Shown in pieces: positions 56,002 to 64,000 of a stretch of 64,000 nucleotides of DNA. This DNA is from a virus: positions 1 through 64,000 of IMG/VR virus record IMGVR_UViG_3300034170_000100. One strand, 5' to 3'. Positions within the stretch are counted from its first letter, which is position 1, and every line of letters begins with the position of its first letter. The notes below the pieces were generated by a model. The model searched no databases, was not told where the DNA came from, and saw only the letters and a list, made by a program, of their open reading frames with translations. The position numbers were made by a program, and so were the translations under genes.

Positions 56002-56378
56002 AAATTAAACTTTGGCCTGATCTTGTAAGTTGGCCACTTGCAGCCTCAGTAAGTGGTGATGTAATCACCATTAATGGTGAAAAGATCGATCTTTCTGGTA
56101 TTCCTGAAGGATTTCGCTTACCGGGTAGCGCAGTTGGCAATAACTGTTTTGTAGGCACCGAATATGTGGAACGTATTAACGGAGTGCTACATTTCACCTT
56201 GTTCTTACCGGTTGCTTGGGAAAGCCCAGAACATCTGCGTAATCCGGCTACTCCAATTATTTTGGATGTAACTGAAGGTGATGTACCATTCCCGGTCACT
56301 GCCCCACCAGTGGTGGATGTATTTGAACCAACACCAGTATTGGAGGAACCAGAAGATGGTGGACTTGAGCCAGCTTGA
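55998..56378 (+). CDS. tail fibre assembly-associated protein
   Basis: GDVITINGEKIDLS.IPEG..LP, VERINGVLH; follows the fibre gene. Confidence 0.7.
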   Translation: MKIKLWPDLVSWPLAASVSGDVITINGEKIDLSGIPEGFRLPGSAVGNNCFVGTEYVERINGVLHFTLFLPVAWESPEHLRNPATPIILDVTEGDVPFPVTAPPVVDVFEPTPVLEEPEDGGLEPA

Positions 56379-56556
56379 AAAAGTGAAAACTGTGGCAGAC
56401 GTTGAAGCTGAAAATGCTAGAACTGCTGCCATCCAGTATCTGAATGACACTGATTGGTACATTATCCGCTTGATTGAAACACAAGCGGCTGTGTCAGGCG
56501 AAATCACAGCTAACCGGGCAGATGCCCGCAAAAAGATTAAGGATGCAAGCAAATGA
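56356..56556 (+). CDS. small tail fibre-associated protein
   Basis: YLNDTDWYIIR..R..AR motif; GGAGG RBS. Confidence 0.65.
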   Translation: MVDLSQLEKVKTVADVEAENARTAAIQYLNDTDWYIIRLIETQAAVSGEITANRADARKKIKDASK

Positions 56557-57083
56557 CACTTAAAGAAGTAAATCAAGTCCTTAACCGGATGTTCAGCTAC
56601 TTTCCGGCCAACTATGACAGTTTGGCTGTGCGCGTCCTCCTTTTCACCATTGGTTTGCAGGAATCGCGCTTTACTTCGCGTCGTCAGATGATCAGCAAGA
56701 TCGTCGACGGCAAGAAGGTGCTTGTACCCGAAGGGCCGGCAATCGGCTTCTGGCAGTTTGAACTTGGCAACGAGGTCAGTCGTGGTGGTGTATGGGGTGT
56801 CCTTAACCACTTCCGGGTTGGTCCAATCGCCAAGCAGTTCTGTCGCCAGATGGGTATCGCTGCCGATCCGAAGACTGTCTGGTTGGCCTACCAGACCAAC
56901 GATGTGCTGGCCGCTGGTTTCGCTCGCTTGTTGCTCATGTGCGATGCCCAGGCGCTGCCAAAGATCGGTGATGAAGAGGCTGCATGGAAATGCTACGCTG
57001 ATCGCACCTGGCGCCCGGGTAAGCCTCACCGCGAGACTTGGGACGGGTTCTATGCTCAGGCACGCAAGGAATTGGGGGTCTAA
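56553..57083 (+). CDS. putative endolysin (lysozyme-like fold)
   Basis: IGLQESRF, GPAIGFWQFE, WRPGKP; directly upstream of the spanins. Confidence 0.75.
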   Translation: MTLKEVNQVLNRMFSYFPANYDSLAVRVLLFTIGLQESRFTSRRQMISKIVDGKKVLVPEGPAIGFWQFELGNEVSRGGVWGVLNHFRVGPIAKQFCRQMGIAADPKTVWLAYQTNDVLAAGFARLLLMCDAQALPKIGDEEAAWKCYADRTWRPGKPHRETWDGFYAQARKELGV

Positions 57084-57595
57084 TGAACTGGAAGGTACTG
57101 GCGGCTGTGGTCTCCACCCTTTCACTCCTGGCTTGGATACACTTTGACGGTGTATCCCGGGGGGAACTGAAAGGGAAGCTGGAAGTCACAGATTTACGGG
57201 AGCAGTTGGCAACGGCCAGGGCCGATGCCCAAACTGCGTTGATTGCACACCAGCGTCAGATTGACGCTCAAGCCAAAGAGATGACCGATGTACATAATCA
57301 AGAAATGGGCGATTTGCAACGCAGTGCTGTTGACAGTCGCAATGCTGCTGACGGCATGCGGGGTGAACTCGCCGCACTCCAAAGCCGACTGCGAAACCAG
57401 CCAACTGACAGTACCGGCACTGGATTCCAGCTATCGGCAGCAACCAAAGCCGCAATGGTGCTCTCCGAGTTGCTCAGTAGCTGTAGCGCTGAAAGATCGG
57501 AACTCGCAAGAGCTTTTGATGACTCTCACGCCCGCGGAGTAGGGCTGGAGAAGCAGTATGATTCACTGTTCAATTCGCTGAACAAAGCCCCCTGA
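57083..57595 (+). CDS. i-spanin (Rz-like)
   Basis: N-terminal TM helix then coiled coil; follows the endolysin. Confidence 0.8.
   Translation: MNWKVLAAVVSTLSLLAWIHFDGVSRGELKGKLEVTDLREQLATARADAQTALIAHQRQIDAQAKEMTDVHNQEMGDLQRSAVDSRNAADGMRGELAALQSRLRNQPTDSTGTGFQLSAATKAAMVLSELLSSCSAERSELARAFDDSHARGVGLEKQYDSLFNSLNKAP
57288..57542 (+). CDS. o-spanin lipoprotein (Rz1-like), embedded in +1 frame
   Basis: KK, hydrophobic core, lipobox LTAC, Pro/Cys-containing mature part, entirely inside the i-spanin gene. Confidence 0.75.
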   Translation: MYIIKKWAICNAVLLTVAMLLTACGVNSPHSKADCETSQLTVPALDSSYRQQPKPQWCSPSCSVAVALKDRNSQELLMTLTPAE

Positions 57596-57611
57596 TTGGG
57601 GGCTTTTTATT
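57583..57611 (+). terminator. bidirectional terminator
   Basis: AAAGCCCCC-TGATT-GGGGGCTTT followed by TTATT. Confidence 0.8.
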
Positions 57612-57873
57612 ACCCCAGAATTTCATCGCCGTCTAGGTCGTTGTTTTCCGCCCACTCTCGCACGATTTCATCGGGGTCATGGCCGATCTCCAATGCGAAC
57701 TCGTTCAAGGCATCCGCCTGGGACATTGCGTCACCTTCACCACAGGCCGTCACGCGAACGCCGTCAATCGGGCCAGTCCCTGTATCCATACTGCCGGAGG
57801 CGGCACTGGCTACACGTTTAAACGCCTCGTCGTTGTGGATCTCATAGACCACGGTGTAATAACGCTTACTCAT
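57610..57873 (-). CDS. hypothetical protein
   Basis: ATGA-coupled start MSKRYY. Confidence 0.65.
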   Translation of the reverse strand: MSKRYYTVVYEIHNDEAFKRVASAASGSMDTGTGPIDGVRVTACGEGDAMSQADALNEFALEIGHDPDEIVREWAENNDLDGDEILG

Positions 57874-58253
57874 TTGAATATCTCGATGATGAATGGCGCC
57901 GACAATGCGGTCAGCCAGAGTTGAACTGCAAAGGGGATGTTCCAAAGGGCTCGCAAAGCGCGCTCCGGCTGGTACCGGTCCCATTCTTGAAGGGTCATGA
58001 CGTAGTGTTTATCACTTGGTTTCGCCATGCGATAAGTGCCTGCGTCAAGGCCGGTGCATAGCCCCACAGAGCCTGGCATAAGGCTGCATCCTTGCACATC
58101 CCCATCGAGATGCGGGTTGTTGACGATAAGCATGTCGCCTACCGCCTGGGACTGTTTACCCTCGGCACCTTTATGGGTGTAGAAGGCAATGTCAGTGGCG
58201 ATCACTATGTCACCATGCAGCAGGTTCATAGGCCCGCGGCGCTCTCGTTTCAT
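57870..58253 (-). CDS. hypothetical protein
   Basis: GGAG RBS before MKRERR. Confidence 0.6.
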   Translation of the reverse strand: MKRERRGPMNLLHGDIVIATDIAFYTHKGAEGKQSQAVGDMLIVNNPHLDGDVQGCSLMPGSVGLCTGLDAGTYRMAKPSDKHYVMTLQEWDRYQPERALRALWNIPFAVQLWLTALSAPFIIEIFK

Positions 58254-58268
58254 AGAAACTCCAGGCGT

Positions 58269-58291
58269 AAAAAAGCCCCTTTCGGGGCTTT
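58269..58291 (-). terminator. terminator after holin
   Basis: minus AAAGCCCC-GAAA-GGGGCTTT followed by TTT. Confidence 0.8.
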
Positions 58292-58293
58292 GG

Positions 58294-58620
58294 TTAGTTG
58301 GCAGATGGGGGAGGTGTGTACCCGATCCGTTTACCGAGCACAAACTCGGCGATGTTGAACAACTTGCCACCAAAGTGGGCAGCGATGGACGTTGCGATTG
58401 GCTGAGTCAGCCAAGCCGGCACAGTTTCATCAATTGCTGGGTACATGTCCCAAACAAGCCATCCTGCGATGACAGCCCCGAGGAGCTGTGCAATCAGCCA
58501 GAAGATGGAGAATTTGTGGCCGGTTGCCAGTGCCTGGGCTACCGATAAAACACCAGTGCCAAGACTGATAACAAACGCAATGACCGCACCGGTAATGGTA
58601 GGATCGTCTTTCCAGGGCAT
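58294..58620 (-). CDS. putative holin
   Basis: 108 aa, 2-3 TM helices, AAHFGGK motif, GGAG RBS. Confidence 0.7.
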   Translation of the reverse strand: MPWKDDPTITGAVIAFVISLGTGVLSVAQALATGHKFSIFWLIAQLLGAVIAGWLVWDMYPAIDETVPAWLTQPIATSIAAHFGGKLFNIAEFVLGKRIGYTPPPSAN

Positions 58621-58694
58621 ACAACTCTCCAGTCAAAATTGGCCTAAAATGTAACAGCGCACATGATAGTGGCATTTTGACTGGAGCGGAACAT

Positions 58695-59216
58695 TTAACC
58701 GACCAGAGCACTGCGAATTGTGGAAATTCGCTTGAACAGTTCGGTATAGTTTGGGTGCTGGCCCAGGAAGCGTTCGTTTACCTGATTGGACCACATAGGG
58801 CCGTAGATCTCGACCATAAGCGGGCCATTCAAGGCAACAAGACCGTTCACGTCGGAGATCGGTGACAACTCCACCAAACGGCTGGTCAATTCCAGCTTTT
58901 GATTATCGTCCAGTTGTTCCGAATTGCTGATGTCCATGGCGATGATCCCTTTCAGAATCTGTGGGTCGATCTTGCGGAACAAGGTGCCGAAAGGGTCGAG
59001 ACAGCCAACGACATAAGCGTCAGTGGCGAGGGCGAAGAACTCGCGCACAGTCCGGTCGCCCATGGCGTTCCAATAGCATGAATAGCTCATGCCGTTGCAC
59101 ACCACGGAGAATCGGCCTTTACCGGGTGCCTCGTCCGTCATGCTGACCGTGGCGACCCGGGAACCATCGTCATCGGTGATGGTATATTCTTGCGTACTGC
59201 GGGTGGTTACTTGCAT
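58695..59216 (-). CDS. hypothetical protein
   Basis: 173-aa ORF, GGAG RBS. Confidence 0.7.
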   Translation of the reverse strand: MQVTTRSTQEYTITDDDGSRVATVSMTDEAPGKGRFSVVCNGMSYSCYWNAMGDRTVREFFALATDAYVVGCLDPFGTLFRKIDPQILKGIIAMDISNSEQLDDNQKLELTSRLVELSPISDVNGLVALNGPLMVEIYGPMWSNQVNERFLGQHPNYTELFKRISTIRSALVG

Positions 59217-59219
59217 GGT

Positions 59220-59381
59220 TTACAGCTCCATAAGGGCGTCGGCCACCGCCTGGATGATCGAGATGCTCTCTTCGGGCATCTGGCCGGTAGCAATGCTAAC
59301 AGCCTGAGCCCGGGAAGTGAGCGGGAAGTATTCGGGATGCTGCTCTTTAATGACCGCAGCTACTTCGTCGGCCTCGCTCAT
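59220..59381 (-). CDS. 53-aa hypothetical protein (not in ORF track)
   Basis: hand translation MSEADEVAAVIKEQHPEYFP..ADALMEL*; ATGA coupling. Confidence 0.6.
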   Translation of the reverse strand: MSEADEVAAVIKEQHPEYFPLTSRAQAVSIATGQMPEESISIIQAVADALMEL

Positions 59382-59596
59382 TTCACTTCTTCGAACGAGT
59401 GACGGACTTCGGTGCCAACGATGGTGTCGAAACTGGCGCAGTTGGCTTGCGAGGATTGGATGTCCTCGATTTCGTAGTTGTCCCCGTCGAGTTTGTCTCC
59501 GTAGCGGCTGAAGATTTCCGCACGCGCTTCTTCGAAGCTGGCGCCGGAGGTGACTTCGATGAGGGTGCTGATCGTGGTCGTGAGTCGGACTTGCAT
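59378..59596 (-). CDS. hypothetical protein
   Basis: GGAG RBS before MQVRL. Confidence 0.6.
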   Translation of the reverse strand: MQVRLTTTISTLIEVTSGASFEEARAEIFSRYGDKLDGDNYEIEDIQSSQANCASFDTIVGTEVRHSFEEVK

Positions 59597-59832
59597 GGTA
59601 ATTCTCCGTAGAGTGAGGCGTGAAGCGCTTTGCGCTTTTTCAGTGGAATGAGCAGGGTCTCTTTGCGGAATTGAATCCATTCCTCAAGAGATACCTGCTC
59701 CCAGTTGCCTGGAACCGGCAGGCTGTCCATGTCCCAGCTCCGCACGCAGCGGCTGGAACGATGAACGAAGAAATACCGGCCATTGACTGGTGCGTTACCG
59801 TATCGGCCGGGCGAGTGCAGAGACTTGGACAT
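59383..59832 (-). CDS. hypothetical protein; C-terminal half overlaps the next gene
   Basis: AAGGA RBS; only the N-terminal ~75 aa look protein-like. Confidence 0.45.
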   Translation of the reverse strand: MSKSLHSPGRYGNAPVNGRYFFVHRSSRCVRSWDMDSLPVPGNWEQVSLEEWIQFRKETLLIPLKKRKALHASLYGELPCKSDSRPRSAPSSKSPPAPASKKRVRKSSAATETNSTGTTTKSRTSNPRKPTAPVSTPSLAPKSVTRSKK

Positions 59833-59846
59833 TTTATTTCCTTGGT

Positions 59847-60119
59847 TTAGAAAGTCAGGTTTTTCAGTTTGACCAGGGTTTTTTCAACAGAGGCGATCTT
59901 TTTGATCACCATCTCATTGGCGCGAGCTTTCGCATCAGCCAGTGTGCGGTGAAAATCTTTACCGTGGACATATTGAGTCCAGCCATTAACCTTGTAAGAG
60001 GCCATGGATCCTTCATTGCTAATTTCAGCAGTTACTTGCTGAATGCCTTTGGTAAGCGCATATCGAGTTACCCAAATCTGCGCCATTTCTTTTTTTGGTG
60101 CTTCGTGCTTTTTCTGCAT
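59847..60119 (-). CDS. hypothetical protein
   Basis: WVTRYALTKGI motif, GGAG RBS. Confidence 0.7.
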   Translation of the reverse strand: MQKKHEAPKKEMAQIWVTRYALTKGIQQVTAEISNEGSMASYKVNGWTQYVHGKDFHRTLADAKARANEMVIKKIASVEKTLVKLKNLTF

Positions 60120-60121
60120 GA

Positions 60122-60577
60122 TTACTCCGTAGGGCGTTTCAATTGGAAGACTCCCAGCCCGGCTTGAGCCATAAGCTCAATGCCGGTCATGTCGTCATGA
60201 ACACGGTGGAAATACACCCGCTTAATACCGGATGGGATGATTGCACGGGCACATACGTCGCAGGGTGCTACAGTGGAGAACAGCCAGGCACCATTGAGTG
60301 ATGTACCGCTGCGCATAGCCCAGCCCATAGCGTTATTTTCTGCGTGAAGCACAGAACGATCGGTCTTCATCCGCTCTCTGCCATCTTCCACCACAGGTGT
60401 GTTTTCGCAGCAGTTGGTGTGGTGACCAGCAGGCTGTCCATTCCAACCGGTGACCATAGCCCCGGAAGGGGACACGATGACACAGCCAACGCGCTCACGT
60501 AGGGCTTCAGTCTGGGCTTCAGCTGCATAAGCCTGGGACATGAACATCTGAAGATACTTGTCACGCAGCGGAGTCAT
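60122..60577 (-). CDS. dCMP deaminase
   Basis: VGCVIV, GWNG, HAENNA and PCDVC motifs. Confidence 0.92.
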   Translation of the reverse strand: MTPLRDKYLQMFMSQAYAAEAQTEALRERVGCVIVSPSGAMVTGWNGQPAGHHTNCCENTPVVEDGRERMKTDRSVLHAENNAMGWAMRSGTSLNGAWLFSTVAPCDVCARAIIPSGIKRVYFHRVHDDMTGIELMAQAGLGVFQLKRPTE

Positions 60578-60741
60578 ACGCAATCCTCGAAGGTGGTGGT
60601 GACGTGGCTCACGCCACTGATAAGACCACGCCCGATTTGATCTTCCAGCAGGTCATTCACGATGGTCTCGTATTCCTCACCTGTCAGCTCTTTACCGGAG
60701 CCTTCAGGGACGTTCAGTGCAACTTGAATAATCACTTGCAT
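60574..60741 (-). CDS. 55-aa hypothetical protein (not in ORF track)
   Basis: hand translation MQVIIQVALNVPEGSGKEL..FEDCV*; AGGAG RBS, ATGA coupling. Confidence 0.6.
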   Translation of the reverse strand: MQVIIQVALNVPEGSGKELTGEEYETIVNDLLEDQIGRGLISGVSHVTTTFEDCV

Positions 60742-61067
60742 CATTTTGCTCCTTTTTCAAAGCAATTGACGCAATTGACGCCATGTTGGGGGCCACCCAT
60801 ACCACGGATGACCGTATGGCATTCAACGCAGGAGATGACACAGGCAGTGGTTACCCTTCCTGGTTTTATTGCGAAGATTGGGGCACCATTTTTGGAATAG
60901 CCCAGCGGGGTATCCTCACCGATTTCGATGTACGAAATTTCGGTTGTACCTTGTTCATCCTGCGAAACTACACGAATAGCCGGGCCTAATGCACGGGTAA
61001 GTGTATCCATGACGCGAGTCTTACCGGAGCCGGTAGGGCCGGAGATTTCAATTTTAATACTGATCAT
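60741..61067 (-). CDS. hypothetical protein with P-loop-like and CxxC segments
   Basis: GPTGSGKT, CVEC, CVNC. Confidence 0.6.
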   Translation of the reverse strand: MISIKIEISGPTGSGKTRVMDTLTRALGPAIRVVSQDEQGTTEISYIEIGEDTPLGYSKNGAPIFAIKPGRVTTACVISCVECHTVIRGMGGPQHGVNCVNCFEKGAK

Positions 61068-61684
61068 GCTGCGTCCTTCTCACGAATTTTGACCATATGC
61101 GCTTTGCACACGGCCTTGATGGTTGGAATGTCCGCGTTCACAGGCAGAGTCACAGGAGTTGCCCAGTTCGGATAGAACAGGTCCAGTGCAGCGCCCAGTT
61201 TCACGGTGTCATGTTCAAGCTCCGGCAGTTCCTGCCAGGACATTTCTTCGATCAGCACCCGGTTGGCAAACTCCACCACTACTGGGTCATTTTTGATCAA
61301 GAGGTAGATAGAGTCATGAATCATAGCAACTGGTTTAATGTCGTACCGAAACGGGCTATCGTGCACACGTTTCATGAAAGCCACGGCAGCGCGGTTATTG
61401 AGCAGCCCATATGACTGTCCCATGGCATTACCGGCAGAACGGCCTTCAGCAGCGACTTCTTTAGGTGTACAATCCAGCCCTAGTACAGAACGGCCTAGCA
61501 TTGGGGTACGTAAACGTAAACCAAAGGCTACAGTTACGTACCCATCGACTGTTGCTTGTTTTAGGCGGTCCATGATGTATTCAGTGGAGGCTTTATACAA
61601 ATCGTGAAAATTTGCTTCGATGCGCTTGGCTTTATCTTCTGCCCAACCAAGATTCTTCATTAATGTCGCAAAAGTGCCTTGATA
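61064..61684 (-). CDS. DNA polymerase (family A), C-terminal segment
   Basis: reading frame YQGTFATLMKNLG..GNAMGQSYG..MIHDSIY (motif C); first ATG at 61660. Confidence 0.85.
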   Translation of the reverse strand, partial: YQGTFATLMKNLGWAEDKAKRIEANFHDLYKASTEYIMDRLKQATVDGYVTVAFGLRLRTPMLGRSVLGLDCTPKEVAAEGRSAGNAMGQSYGLLNNRAAVAFMKRVHDSPFRYDIKPVAMIHDSIYLLIKNDPVVVEFANRVLIEEMSWQELPELEHDTVKLGAALDLFYPNWATPVTLPVNADIPTIKAVCKAHMVKIREKDAA

Positions 61685-61686
61685 AG

Positions 61687-61830
61687 CTAGGTGAGAGCAA
61701 AGGTTGGGGCTTTGCTCTCTTGGCGTTCCTCCTTATAAAGTTTTGCGATGGAGTTAATACGGAACGTGTCATGCTCCGTACTTTCAATTACTTTGATGCC
61801 CTCAATGGGCGTGTTGATTTTTAGCACCAT
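61687..61830 (-). CDS. DNA polymerase middle segment (47 aa, motif B N-half; not in ORF track)
   Basis: AAGGA RBS; MVLKINTPIEGIKVIESTEHDTFRINSIAKLYKEERQESKAPTFALT*. Confidence 0.75.
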   Translation of the reverse strand: MVLKINTPIEGIKVIESTEHDTFRINSIAKLYKEERQESKAPTFALT

Positions 61831-62398
61831 TTATCCTTGCGCGGGTTACGCGCTGCAAATAGAGAGATTCGTCCAATTCACCTTCCAATCCCAACTCTTG
61901 TGCTATTTTCCGCACCTTAGTTGATAGAAAGGGTACTTTATATGGGACTCTTGATGTTAGGCTCTGATAAGACTCACCTTCGATGACGGCGTACAGACAA
62001 TCCACAAATTCTTCTTTAGTGAGTCTGGTTGTGTACACACGCAGCCCTTCGCCAATAGCGTGCAGCTTATTTTCTAGCGAGGTGACCCATTCAAGATTGG
62101 TGCGCGCGTTATTACTACGTACCCCATCCTTATGATTAACCTCTGGTTTGTTTTCTGGGTTGGGTATATGCGCAAGTGCTACAAGCCTATGTACATAAAA
62201 CGATGTGCCTACATTGCCTGCCCACAAGCTAACTTGAGGGTATTGGGTGTCTTTGTGTGGACTTTGACGTAGCACACGCCCCTTACGGGGGTAAGTCACA
62301 CCATCCCGTCCTACGATGATGCGATCTATTGACCGCACCACACCACAGTCACTTACTTCGTAAAGTCCCGTGTAATCAGGCACATTGGAGAAGTTCAT
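61802..62398 (-). CDS. NUMOD4-HNH homing endonuclease
   Basis: YEVSDCGVVRS (NUMOD4), VHRLVA, EVNHKDG..NN..NLEWVT..EN. Confidence 0.92.
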   Translation of the reverse strand: MNFSNVPDYTGLYEVSDCGVVRSIDRIIVGRDGVTYPRKGRVLRQSPHKDTQYPQVSLWAGNVGTSFYVHRLVALAHIPNPENKPEVNHKDGVRSNNARTNLEWVTSLENKLHAIGEGLRVYTTRLTKEEFVDCLYAVIEGESYQSLTSRVPYKVPFLSTKVRKIAQELGLEGELDESLYLQRVTRARINGAKNQHAH

Positions 62399-64000
62399 AC
62401 AGTTCCTTACCGGTCATTAAATTACCCAGGTACTCTACTTCCTCCGTAGCGTAAAAGCAAACGTCGGTATCACCAACCTTTGCTCGGTAACACACGGCAT
62501 TCTCCGGTGCCGTTTTAATATCTGACATCCGTTCAGGAAAGTATGCAAAAGCGCGTAAGCAGTGCCCATCATAACCGTCGATGTATACTTTCAGTTTGTT
62601 TGGGTCGCGTGTCGTCAAAGCAGAGATGTAATCTTCCAAAGATGCAAAATCTGCGCCTGCAAAGATCCATCCTGGCGGCCCCATGAACAGTTCCTTGATT
62701 AACTTACCGTAAGCGCTACCACTTGGTATATTTTGCATGTTTGGGTCGGAAGACGACAAACGTCCTGAAATTGTGCCGCCCAGGTTGAATACGCCATGCA
62801 AATAGCGCATGCCGTCGGCTTTGAGGATGCCATTCTCGAATGCAGGCATGAATGCCTGAATGATCTTGGTTACCGCTGAATAGTCGATCAATGCTTGCAG
62901 CAATACCACATATGGCTTGGCCGCTTCGTGATCGAGCAACTGCTTGATGATCTTGCCCCCGGTGGCTGGCGCCTTGGTGGGTGTCCGTGCAAGCACAGGC
63001 AAGTCCATCAGTTCGTACAACAGGCGGGCCAATTGCAATGGCGAGCCTGGGTTGAAGATCGTGTCGCTGAATTTCTCCAGCGGGTGCTGTTTCGTCTTCA
63101 GTTTGGCGTTGGCCGCCTCCATTGCAGATACCTGCAACAGATAGTTCAGCTTGGCCACCATCGGATCACTTTGGATAACGAGCAGGTATTCCTCCTGCAT
63201 CTTCTCCAGTTTTTCCTTGGTTTCGGTGACCTTCTTCGGGTCCATTGGCAAGCCCACCAACTCGACGTTGATGATCAGCTTCATGGAATCCTTCATCAGG
63301 CCGTCGTACAACTCCAGCTGCTGATCCTGCACCACGACAGGCATATGCTTGTCATAGGTGAAGTTCGTGGCCATACAGTCCACTCCGTTGTAACGGAGTA
63401 GGTTTGGCAGTGGAATTTTGCGGATGTCCTTGATGTCGTCCTCTGCGTAGTTGCCGGTGAACTCCTGGGACTGGTACTTCAAGCCGAGGGTGTTACCCGA
63501 GCATGAGTTGACCGAAAGGTAGCTGAGGATCTTGGTGCAATCCAGATTGCTACACATGATGTCCAGACCTTCCAGACAGCTCACGTAATCCAGCGGATCA
63601 CGCATCCAGAGGTTGTAAATCAGGTGCTTCACGTCAAACGTGGCACTGTGGAACCGCTTGGCGCCGATGTACTTCTTGAGGAAGTCCTTGAGTATTTCAC
63701 GAACCTCGACGTTGTCCTTGCGGTAGTGATAGTTCCCATCTTCGTCCTTTGCGCCCAGATCGTTCAAATCGACAGGGAATGCAATGAAGTCGTGGTGGGT
63801 CCAGGCTAAAGCGAAGGTGGCAATACCACATTCGTCCAGACGCAGGCTGTAGCCCTCGATGTCCATGGCAAGGTGGGGGAACTTGTGCAGTTCCATCAGC
63901 GCGTTGCGGATTTCGTTCGGGGTCTTGGGGTAGAACTCCGAATGGATGATCTTGTCACCAGGCGGCACGTAGTTGCCCAGCACTTTGCTGCACAGCGCGT
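62376..64000 (-). CDS. DNA polymerase (family A), N-terminal segment, truncated by window edge
   Basis: exonuclease DIEG, FD and YNGVD; GTISGRLSSSDPNMQN; motif A DFASLE; DGH. Confidence 0.93.
   Translation of the reverse strand, partial: ALCSKVLGNYVPPGDKIIHSEFYPKTPNEIRNALMELHKFPHLAMDIEGYSLRLDECGIATFALAWTHHDFIAFPVDLNDLGAKDEDGNYHYRKDNVEVREILKDFLKKYIGAKRFHSATFDVKHLIYNLWMRDPLDYVSCLEGLDIMCSNLDCTKILSYLSVNSCSGNTLGLKYQSQEFTGNYAEDDIKDIRKIPLPNLLRYNGVDCMATNFTYDKHMPVVVQDQQLELYDGLMKDSMKLIINVELVGLPMDPKKVTETKEKLEKMQEEYLLVIQSDPMVAKLNYLLQVSAMEAANAKLKTKQHPLEKFSDTIFNPGSPLQLARLLYELMDLPVLARTPTKAPATGGKIIKQLLDHEAAKPYVVLLQALIDYSAVTKIIQAFMPAFENGILKADGMRYLHGVFNLGGTISGRLSSSDPNMQNIPSGSAYGKLIKELFMGPPGWIFAGADFASLEDYISALTTRDPNKLKVYIDGYDGHCLRAFAYFPERMSDIKTAPENAVCYRAKVGDTDVCFYATEEVEYLGNLMTGKELYELLQCA

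Noticed and set aside
61802-62398. Group I intron or intein around the HNH gene
   Set aside because: The HNH ORF overlaps both flanking polymerase segments, leaving no space for a ribozyme core. It is out of frame and lacks intein termini.
1-64000. Genome-wide stop-codon reassignment to explain the TAG in the polymerase
   Set aside because: Other genes are intact in the standard code, several end in TAG, and the lesion also shifts the frame.

Overview
This window is about 64 kb of a lytic N4-like (Schitoviridae) podophage genome. The host is most likely Pseudomonas, and the layout is LIT1/LUZ7-like, with tail and lysis genes inverted inside the middle region. The assembly is circularly permuted: the physical end or terminal repeat is inferred near 15.3-15.6 kb, where early genes run leftwards (minus strand) and late genes run rightwards. 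Hallmarks are a 3378-aa virion RNA polymerase, a two-subunit T7-like RNAP II, GAA-triloop hairpin early promoters, the terminase/portal/capsid block, SSB, a Sak4-like ATPase, primase, exonuclease, RuvC-like resolvase, dUTPase, dCMP deaminase, tail fibre, endolysin, embedded spanins and a holin. The most unusual observations are: (1) a family A DNA polymerase cut in two by an intron-less HNH gene and broken again by a TAG stop plus 5-nt frameshift inside motif B, directly after a perfect 10-bp hairpin; (2) at least 11 otherwise divergent small early proteins sharing one C-terminal 'vPE-V-(K/R)-(L/M)-A-x-(M/L)-L' tag; (3) a roughly 0.9 kb densely base-paired non-coding region containing a tRNA-like element, plus a separate tRNA-Ser-like gene with a shrunken anticodon arm; (4) a probable Acb4-type/Sequestin-type dual immune-sponge fusion; (5) a small late protein carrying the capsid's DPYGEMG motif. 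All calls come from motif reading and synteny; no database search was run.
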